A stretch of DNA of 25,986 bases. Origin: Candidatus Eiseniibacteriota bacterium (GTDB lineage: Bacteria; Eisenbacteria; RBG-16-71-46). This document shows positions 18,262 through 25,986 of this stretch, piece by piece. The notes under the pieces are model-generated. The model saw only the letters and a program-made list of their open reading frames with translations, did no database searches and had not been told where the DNA came from. The position numbers and the translations under genes are program-made. The stretch covers positions 1 through 25,986 of the forward strand of contig CAVSAC010000001.1 in the NCBI GenBank assembly GCA_963725865.1, given 5' to 3'. The stretch's first letter is position 1, and each line of letters starts with the position of its first letter.

Positions 18262-19088
18262 CCGCGCTCCTCCACCGCCACCAGATAGGCCATGGTCGCG
18301 GCGCCCACCAGCGTCAGCGCGATCGCCAGCCCCGCGGCCACCCGCGCCGCCACCAGCACCGCCACCAGCTCGGGGGTGCCGCGCTGGACGATCGGCGCCG
18401 GGTCGTCGAGCACGAGGCCGGCGAGCGCCAGCGGCAGCAGCGTGGCCACGCACGGCGCCAGCAGCGCGAACAGGCCCCGGGACCAGGCGCGCGGCAGCGC
18501 GGCGAGCGCGGCGGGAGCGCCGCGGCGGCCCAGCATCACCAGCATGGGCAGGTAGAGCGCGAGCAGCACCACCAGGCCGCGCGCGCACACGAACACCGGG
18601 GCCACCGCCATCGACACCAGGCCGCCCCCCGAGGTGAAGCGCGGCGCCAGCCACCCGATCGCCGCCAGCGCCACGTGGGCCGGCAGCAGCGCCAGCACCA
18701 GCGCGGGCCAGCGCCGCGCCGCCGCCGCCAGCGACTCCACCGCCCGTGCCGGGCGCCCGGTGAAGCGCGCCGCGAAGGCATGGCTCGAGGCACCGAGCGC
18801 GAGCGAGCCGACCAGCCACCACAGCGCGCCATCCGCCCAGGCGAACAGCCCCGGCAGCGCACGGAAGCTGTCCGGATAGTGCAGCGCGCGCGCCCCCGCG
18901 ACGCGCACCACCAGCGGCGCGAGCGCCCACGACAGCGCCGGGTGCGCGGGAACGGTGAGCACCGCCAGCGCCGCCAGCTCGAGTGCGCCGAGCAGCGCCA
19001 GCGGCGCCCACGGCCCGACCCGCACCAGCGCGCGGGCGGAGCGCCCCAGCGACTGCAGGCCCAGCGCCAACTGCTCCATCGGGCTCAT
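18258..19088 (-). CDS. Integral membrane protein of unknown function (about 6 TM helices)
   Basis: ATG 19088 overlaps the EpsI stop. MSPMEQLALGLQSLGRS... has multiple long hydrophobic stretches and an ALHYPDSF loop. Intact frame; its stop overlaps the TPR start. Confidence 0.8.
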   Translation of the reverse strand: MSPMEQLALGLQSLGRSARALVRVGPWAPLALLGALELAALAVLTVPAHPALSWALAPLVVRVAGARALHYPDSFRALPGLFAWADGALWWLVGSLALGASSHAFAARFTGRPARAVESLAAAARRWPALVLALLPAHVALAAIGWLAPRFTSGGGLVSMAVAPVFVCARGLVVLLALYLPMLVMLGRRGAPAALAALPRAWSRGLFALLAPCVATLLPLALAGLVLDDPAPIVQRGTPELVAVLVAARVAAGLAIALTLVGAATMAYLVAVEERG

Positions 19089-19728
19089 CGGCTGGGCTCT
19101 CCCGTCCGGCCGCGCGAGAACACCGCCGGCAGCCCGCGCGCCACCTGGCTCCCGAAGTCCTGCAGCCGGCGCTCGGCCGCGGCCGGTCCATCCTCTTCGA
19201 TCAGGGTCTCGACGCGCACGAACGTGCCCCACGAGCGGTTCTCGAGCGCGCCGAGCATCGCCATGCGCGAGCGGAACGCGCCCACGTCGGCGGTCGAGAG
19301 CCCGCGGTCGTCCACCAGTACCAGACCACGCGCCGGTCGTGCGGCCGCTCGGCGACGAAGCGTGTTGACCTCGAGCCCGGAGCGAGCCGTCGTCGACGCG
19401 CGCCCGGCCGCGGGGCTGCAGGCGTAGCCCTGCGAGTCGTAGCAGAGCAGCGGGATCGTGCGACCCGTAGCGGCGGTTCTGGTGGTAGACGAGGCACAGC
19501 CACACCGAGCGCTCGCCGTCGCTCGTAGCGCCGGATGAGCAGGTCGTCCGCCTGCAGCTCCTCGACGACCGCGTCCTCGAACGCCAGCTCGGTGCCCTTC
19601 CACGGCGCCGAACGCTGCGGGCACGCGCGCAGCACGCCGTCCCCCACCGCCAGGTTGACGGGCGGTGTCAGCACCACGTAGGCGGCCGTCGCGGCCAGCA
19701 GCGCGGCGACCGCGAGGAAGCGCCTCAC
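19085..19728 (-). CDS. epsI: EpsI-family exosortase-associated protein, frameshifted
   Basis: GTG 19728 overlaps the exosortase stop. N-terminal TM/signal, then W-K-G, ELQADDLLIRRY, VWLCLVYHQNRRYGSHDP + LLCYDSQGY (H-x-P-x-x-C-Y EpsI-like motif), RRVVWYWW and WGTFVRVET. Confidence 0.8.
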
Positions 19729-20595
19729 GCGCGGCCCCCCTGCGCGGCGTGAGCAGCCCGCGCAGCCCCACCAGCGCGGCCGAGCGCGACCGCGTAGATG
19801 ACGTAGCCGGTGACGTCGTGGAACCTGCCGGTGGCCGAGCTCACGCTCGACGGTCCGCCACCAGGATGAGCAGCAGGAGGCGCGCGGCGTTGCCGAGCAT
19901 GGCGATCGGCACCGCCGCCAGCATCACGATCGCGCGCCTGCGGATCCACCCGCCCGGCTGGAAGTAGCGCGAACACCGTCCCGGTCGCGAGCAGCGCCAG
20001 CAGCGAGCGCAGCCCGCTGCACGGGTTCTCGATCCCGAGCTCGCCGGTGGCCAGCACGAGCGACATGCCGTCGCGCTGCAGCGCCACGCCCAGCGCCTCG
20101 GCGGCGCGGGTCGAGAGGGCGACCGAGACCTCCTTGAGCGCGTAGCTGAGCGTGTTCATCACGACCGGCGGGAACGTGAGCATGAACCCGAGGTAGCCGA
20201 TCGGGAACGCGAGCCGTCGCGTCAGCCCGGGCCCGAGGAACGTGAGCGTGACGCCGAAGCCGAGCGCGAGCAGCGACCAGCCCTGCAGCGCGAACACGTC
20301 GGCGCGCACGCCGGCGACCTGCATCAGGCAGCCGAGCGCGACCAGCGCGATGCCGCGCGCGTCGGGACGCACCTCGAGGGCGCGCAGGCGCGTGCCGGCG
20401 CAGCCACACCAGCGCCAGCGACACCAGCGGCACCAGCGGACCGTGGGAGTAGTTGTCGTTGGTGGTCCAGGTCTTCCACAGCGCCGGCAGCGTGCGCTGA
20501 TACGCCAGCGCCAGCAAGCGCCACCAGCACCGCGGCCTGGATCCATCCGGGGACCGCGGCACGCGGGAGGTGGCGGGCAGCGTGGCGGCGCTCAT
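19725..20595 (-). CDS. xrt: Exosortase (EpsH/Xrt family intramembrane transpeptidase), frameshifted
   Basis: WTTNDNYSHGPLVPLVSLALVW; FPIGYLGFMLTFP; LGIENPCSGLRSL (catalytic Cys); MLGNAAR (Arg); RFHDVTGYVIY (His). The Cys-Arg-His triad is recovered across frames. Confidence 0.92.
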
Positions 20596-20613
20596 GCGGT
20601 GCGTCCGTTCAGC

Positions 20614-21225
20614 TCAGTACACCCCGCGCATGGCGAACAGCGTCACCGCGGTGCGCAACAGGATGCCAGGTCGGTCGCAGGCCGACACGCGCTCGAGGTA
20701 CTCGCGATCGTAGGCCACCTTGCGCTCCATGCGGAATCTCGTCGCGGCCGTTGATCTGCGCCCAGCCGGTCAGCCCCGGCTTGAGCGCGTCCACCCCGGC
20801 GCCCTGGCGCATGCGCGATCAGGTCGTACTGGTTGTACAGCGCCGGCCGCGGCCCGACCAGCGACATGTCGCCGCGCAGGATGTTCCACAGCTGCGGCAG
20901 CTCGTCGAGGCTGGTGCGGCGCAGGAAGCGGCCGACGCGCGTGACCCGCGACGCAGCCCGGGCTCCACGAGGTGCGTCGCCAGGTCGGGCGTGCCCACCG
21001 GCCATGCTGCGGAACTTGAGGAGGGTGAACTCGCGACGAGCCGCGCCCGATGCGCCGCTGGCGGAACAGCACCGGCCCGGGCGAGTCGAGCCGGATCGCG
21101 ATCGCCACCAGCGAGCATGACCGGCGCGAGCGCGAGCAGCAGCACCGAGCCGCCACCACGAGGTCGAACGCGCGCTTGAGCACCGCCGGCGACGCCGCGC
21201 GGCCGCGGCGCCACGTCGCGGCCAT
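20614..21225 (-). CDS. Priming sugar transferase / phosphoglycosyl transferase (Bac_transf domain), frameshifted; probably fused to the upstream GT4
   Basis: [84 protein letters not shown]. Stop TGA at 20616-20614. An in-frame ATG exists at 21225. Confidence 0.9.
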
Positions 21226-22437
21226 GCGCGTCGCGGTGGCAGTCCGCGAGCACGGCGCACCAGCCGCTCGCCGAGCGCGCGGCGCGAGTACTCGCGCTCG
21301 ACGAACGCCGGGCCCGCGGCGGCCAGCGCCGCGCGCCAGCGCCGGGTCGTCGCGCAGCGCGCACCAGGGCCGCGGCGATCGCCGCGCCGTTCTCGGGCGC
21401 CACCACCAGCCCGCCGCCCGAGGCCTCGACCACCGCCGCGGCGTCGCCGCGCACCGCGGCCACGACCGGGCAGCCGCACGCGAGGTAGTCGAACAGCTTG
21501 ACCGGGATGGTCTCGCCGGCGAACACGCTCGCGCGCGTCGTCGCCACGCAGGCGTCGGCGTCGTGCAGCAGCGCCACCAGCTCGCGCGGCGCCACGCTGG
21601 GCTCGAATGTCCACGTTCGTCGAGCCCGCGCCTCGGCGGCGCGCGCCTCAGCGGCCCTTGGCGACGCCGTCGCCGACGAAGCGGAAGCGGAGTGGCGCGC
21701 TCGCGCAGCCGCTCGGCGGCGTCGAGCAGCGCCTCCATGCCGTGCACGAGCCCGTGCGTGCCGGCGTAGAGCACCGTGAACGGCCGCGGCCGCGCGCGGC
21801 ACGCGGCGGCGCCGGCGGAACAGCTCGGTGTCGGCGCCGTTCGGCAGGAACACGAGCGCGCCGGGGTCGAAGCCGCGCCCCTCGAGCTGCCTGCTGCATC
21901 CCGGGCGTGACCACGAGCACGCGCGCGGCGCGCCGCTGCAGGAAGCGCGAGATCGACTCGAGCACGCGCGTCGCGAGGCCCGGCGTCATCTCGCCGAGCG
22001 CGATCGCGGCGTGCGGCCAGTCGTCGCGGCATGTCGAGCACCAGCGGCGCGCGATGCCGGCGCGCGGCGAGCCAGGCGGTGAGCCCGAGGAACAGCGGCG
22101 GCACGCTGGCGATCACGACCTCGGGCCGGGGTCCGCCGAGCGCGACCGGCAGCGCCGACCAGGCGAAGGTGAGGTGGTTCCACAGTCGCGTGACCGCGGT
22201 CTTGCGCGGCGTGGCGTGCAGCCAGACGCGCTCCACCGCGATGCCGTCGAGCCGCTCGTGGGCGCGACGGACGCGCGCGTACCGCGGCTGGATCTCGCCG
22301 CCGGGATGGTTCGGCAGCCCGGTGAGCACGCGCACCTCGTGCCCGGCGCGCACCAGCGCGCGCGCGAAATGGAGCGCGCGCGCGGGCGCGGCCCCGGTCT
22401 CGGGCGGGAAGTACTGGCTCACGAACAGGACGCGCAT
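21226..22437 (-). CDS. Glycosyltransferase family 4 (WbuB/WcaI-like), frameshifted; no stop codon before the sugar transferase domain
   Basis: [20 protein letters not shown]...[76 protein letters not shown]. The 3' boundary is approximate. Confidence 0.88.
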
Positions 22438-22445
22438 GGAGGCGA

Positions 22446-23333
22446 TCAGGCCTGGGTCGCGACGACGAGCTGCCGCTTCGCGCGCCGGTGGCCGAGCTGC
22501 CAGCGGCACTGCAGCGGCCGCAGCAGCCCCTCGTAGATCGAGTCCGGCAACGCCGCGGTGCCGCCCCAGTACAGCTCGTGGTGCACCATGCGCAGGCCGT
22601 TGGCCTCGATGATCCGGCGGATCTCGGGCGGCGGGAAGGTGCGCTCGACCGCGTAGGCGTGGGTGGTGCCGTCGGGCGCGATGTACTCCTGGCTCACCTC
22701 GCTGCGCAGCTCGGCGAGGCGCGCCAGGTGCGCGGGATGCGCACCGTTGATGTCGCCCACCACCAGCACGCCACCCGGGCGCAGGTGGTCGCGCACCGCG
22801 CGGAGGAAGTCGTCGAGCGGCTCGATGTGCGACAGCGCGTTGTACACCCACACGAGGTCGGCGCTGGTGCTCCAGTCGCGGGTCAGGTCGGCGCGCTCGT
22901 AGCGCACCGGCAGCGCCTGCCCGGTGCTCTCGCGGTGGAAGCGCAGCCGCCGCTCGGCCGCCTCGAGCCGGTCGGGGCGCAGGTCCGCGCCCACCACCTC
23001 GGCGCCGACCGCGGCGTAGAGCATGGCGTAGGTGCCGAAGCCCGAGCCCGCGTCCATCACCATCGGGCGCGTGCCCGAGGCCGCGCGCGCCGCCAGCCAG
23101 CGCGCGGTCCAGCCGGCCTCGCTGCGCCAGAAGCCGCGCAGGTAGTGGCGGATCGCCGCCTCGTCGCCGGGCCGGGGCAGGTTCCTGTAGTAGTCCGCGA
23201 ACGCCCCGCGCTCCCCGTCCGGGAGGAAGCCGGCGTGCGCCGGGAACTCCATCTCGATGGTCCAGCGCACGAAGCGCTCGAGCGCCACGCGCGCGTCGCC
23301 GGGCGTGGCGGTCCCTCCGGCCACCTCACTCAT
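22446..23333 (-). CDS. Class I SAM-dependent methyltransferase
   Basis: VMDAGSGFGTYA (motif I), VVGADL, ADLVWVYNALSHIE, LRPGGVLVVGD. Intact 295-aa ORF with a GGAGG SD. Confidence 0.9.
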   Translation of the reverse strand: MSEVAGGTATPGDARVALERFVRWTIEMEFPAHAGFLPDGERGAFADYYRNLPRPGDEAAIRHYLRGFWRSEAGWTARWLAARAASGTRPMVMDAGSGFGTYAMLYAAVGAEVVGADLRPDRLEAAERRLRFHRESTGQALPVRYERADLTRDWSTSADLVWVYNALSHIEPLDDFLRAVRDHLRPGGVLVVGDINGAHPAHLARLAELRSEVSQEYIAPDGTTHAYAVERTFPPPEIRRIIEANGLRMVHHELYWGGTAALPDSIYEGLLRPLQCRWQLGHRRAKRQLVVATQA

Positions 23334-23397
23334 GACTGCCCTCCTGTGGTGTCGCGGGCGCCGCGACCCGGCCGGGCCGCGCGCGCGTGACGATGCG

Positions 23398-24529
23398 TCA
23401 TCGGGAGCCCCGGCCGCGCGCCAGCGCCTGCCACAGCAGCGGCAGGTGGCGGGGGCGGATGCTGCCGATCAGTCGTGCCACCTTGTCGAGCCGCCCCTGG
23501 CGCAGCCAGGTGCCGAGGCTCTGCAGCTCGTAGCGCAGCAGCGTCGGCGCCGACTCCGTCGCGAAGCGCGCGGCGGCGTCGTCGAGCCCCGCCGAGAGCC
23601 GGGCGAGGCGCTCGGCGAGCGCCGCGGCACCCGCCGCGGAGGCCGGCCGCGGCACCCCGTCGGCGTCGATCTCGAACGGCGCCAGCTCGAGCCCGTGCGC
23701 CTCGGCCACCGTCACCGTGAACACCCCGGTCGAGGCGCCGCGCTGCGGTCGCCACCCGGGCCTCGAAGTCGCCGGCCGCCGGCGTCGAACACCAGGTCCC
23801 CCATGCTGTAGAGCGTGAGCGCGCGGCCCTCGCGGCGCGCGCCCTGCGGTGACGTGCGGGTGGTGCCCGAGCACCACGTCGGCGCCGCCGGCGGCGAGCA
23901 CCCGCGCCAGCTCGAGCACCCGCGGCGGCGGGTAGTCCACGTACATCGAGCCCCAGTGCACGCTCGCCACCAGCACGTCGGCCGCGGTGCGCCAGCGCGC
24001 CAGGTCGGCGCGCACGCGCTCGACCTCGAGCGGCGCGGTGCCGGGCGTGCCGGCCGCGGCGCGGCCCGCGGTCGAGGCGCTCCAGGCCAGCACCACCACG
24101 CGCTGGCCGCGCACCTCGAGGCGCGCCGGCGCGCGCGCCGCGTCGAGGTCGGGCCCCGCGCCCACCGTCGCCAGGCCCGCGGCCGCGCAGGCCTCGAGCG
24201 TGGCCGCGAGCCCGCGCGGCCCGCAGTCCATCATGTGATTGTTGGCGAGCGAGACCACGCCGCACGCCGGCGCGCGCCAGCGCCGCGGGCACGTCGCGCC
24301 CGAGCCAGAACTCCGCCGAGCGCCCGGGCTCGACCCAGCCGGGCTCGCCCACCGGGCACTCGAGGTTCACGAGCGCCAGGTCGGCGGCGCCGAATGCCGG
24401 GGCCACGTCGGCGAGCGGCGCGTCCACGCCGCGCTCGCGCGCGAACGCGCGCAGCCGGCCGATCACCGCCACGTCGCCCGCGGCGGCGAGGGTGAGCCGC
24501 GTCGTCCCGACCGGCTCGAGCAGCCGCAT
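23398..24529 (-). CDS. CapA/PGA_cap-family metallophosphoesterase-like protein, frameshifted
   Basis: ATG 24529 with a GGGAGG SD. LAAAGDV; ALVNLECPV; VSLANNHMMDCG; SVHWGSMY; GADVVLGHHPHV; LYSMGD. Confidence 0.88.
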
Positions 24530-25674
24530 CGCGGCCTCCCCGCGGCGCCGACGCGGCGTGGCCCGTCTCGGCGAGCGCCTCGCGGTACACCGCCTCGGTC
24601 TCGCGCACCATGCGCTCGGCGGTGAAGCGCTGCTCCCAGCGCGCGCGCGCCGCGGCGCCCATGGCCGCGCGCCGCGGCGCATCGTCGAGCAGCTCGCCCA
24701 GCGCCGCCGCGAGCGCGGCGACATCGTCCACCGGGGTGACGCGCCCGGTGACGCCGTCCTCGACCGCCTCGGCACAGCCGCCGATGTCGGTCACCACGGC
24801 GGCGCGCCCGGCGCGCATCGCCTCGAGCAGCGTCACCGACAGCCCCTCGCGCACCGACGAGAGCGCGAACACGTCACCGGCCACCATCAGCTCGGCGACG
24901 TCGGCGCGCGGCCCCAGCAGCGTCACGCTGCGCCCCGCGCCGAGCGCGGCGATGCGCGCCTCGAGCGCCGGGCGCAGCGGCCCCTCGCCCGCCACCAGCA
25001 GCCGGGCCGCGGGGCGGGTGCGCGCGGCGAGTGCGAACGCCTCGATCAGCACGTGCTGGGCCTTCTGGCGGGTGAGGCTGCCGACCGTGAGCACGACCGC
25101 GGCGGCGGGCTCGAGCCCGAGCGCCGCGCGCACCTCCTCACGCGGGCGGGTGTGCGGTGCGGACGCGATGCCGTTGGCCACGGTGACGAAGCGCCGCGTC
25201 GCCCAGGGCAGGCGGCGAACGTGACTCTCCAGCACGGCCCGGCACACGCACACCACGCGTCGCGTGAGGACGGTCGCCAGTCGTTCGAGCAGCGGGTAGA
25301 GGGCCGAGTGCCGGCCCGGGTAGTGGAGGCTGTGCTCGGTGCGCACCACCACCGGCACACCGGCGAGCCGCGCGCCCACCAGCGCGTAGGCGCCCCGGTG
25401 GGGTTGTGGCCGTTCACCACCTCGACGCGGCGCTGGCGCAGCACGCGCGCCACGTCGAAGCCGGCGATCAGCCGGTGGAGCAGCGCGGGCCGCCCCGCGG
25501 GTCGCACCACCACGACGTGGGCACCCAGCGCGCGCGCCGCTCGAGCGCCGGTCCGCCGCGGTTGAGCGCCACCAGGGTGGTCTCCACGCCGGGGCCGGCG
25601 CAGCGCACGTGCTCGAGCAGCAGCGACTCGGCGCCGCCGGTGTGCATGGCCTCAATCACGTGGGCGACCCTCAC
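24530..25674 (-). CDS. Glycosyltransferase family 4, frameshifted (3' end uncertain)
   Basis: GTG 25674 overlaps the upstream stop. VRVAHVIEAMHTGGAESLLL; VVRTEHS; TVANGI; VLTVGSLTRQKAQHVLIEAF; VAGEGPLR; DVFALSSVREGLSVTLLEAMRAGRAAVVTDIGG (EX7E); EQRFTAERMV. As written the frame runs on to 24231, probably because of an indel. Confidence 0.88.
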
Positions 25675-25986
25675 GCGCCCTCCCGCGCCGGCGCGGCGCC
25701 GTCCGCAGAGCGCGAACAGGCGCGCGAAGTTGGTCTCGGCGTCGAAGCCGCCGGTGGCGCGCCGGCGCGCCGCGGCGCCCAGCGGTCGGCGGCGGCCGGG
25801 TCGTCGAGCAGGGACGCCAGCGCGTCGGCGAGCCCCTCGACGTCCTCGGAGTCGGCGAGCACGCCGGTGACGCCGGGCTCGATCGCCTCCTCGAGCCCCG
25901 CGGCGCGCGTGCCGATGCACGGCAGCCCCATCGCCATCGCCTCGATGATGACGTTGGGGATGCCGTCGCGCCGTCCGTTCGGCATC
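25671..25986 (-). CDS. 5'-truncated glycosyltransferase family 4 (WcaL-like C-terminus)
   Basis: GRRDGIPNVIIEAMAMGLPCIGTRAAGLEEAIEPGVTGVL...LADALASLLDDP. Continues beyond the window and is frameshifted near the C-terminus. Confidence 0.85.
   Translation of the reverse strand, partial: MPNGRRDGIPNVIIEAMAMGLPCIGTRAAGLEEAIEPGVTGVLADSEDVEGLADALASLLDDPAAADRWAPRRAGAPPAASTPRPTSRACSRSADGAAPAREGA

Noticed and set aside
24231..24529. Apparent 100-aa C-terminal extension of the GT4, or a GT4-CapA fusion
   Set aside because: CapA has its own GGGAGG SD and ATG at 24529. The read-through is low-complexity and most likely caused by an indel near the GT4 3' end.

Overview
Very GC-rich bacterial DNA from a diderm organism. 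The gene content (GWxTD protein, M6 protease with a T9SS/FlgD-like C-terminal domain, PrsK/PrsR-exosortase locus) suggests an FCB-group candidate phylum such as Ca. Eisenbacteria; this is an inference and was not tested. Left half (1-12344): two tandem paralogous putative lipoproteins; a convergent outer-membrane beta-barrel with a long structured 5' leader; a GWxTD protein coupled to an SH3-NlpC/P60 peptidase; a divergent M6 metalloprotease + M23 peptidase pair; and ileS preceded by a complete transcriptional T-box riboswitch with an Ile (AUC) specifier. Right half (12341-25986, all minus strand): a deoxynucleoside kinase and one long, largely translationally coupled operon, in order GT4, GT4, CapA-family protein, SAM methyltransferase, GT4 apparently fused to a priming sugar transferase, exosortase, EpsI-like protein, unknown membrane protein, TPR lipoprotein, PrsK and PrsR. 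This is an exosortase/exopolysaccharide protein-sorting locus; no PEP-CTERM substrate is present in the window. Many right-half genes carry several small frameshifts, most simply explained as long-read/low-coverage indel errors, so their boundaries are reconstructed across frames.
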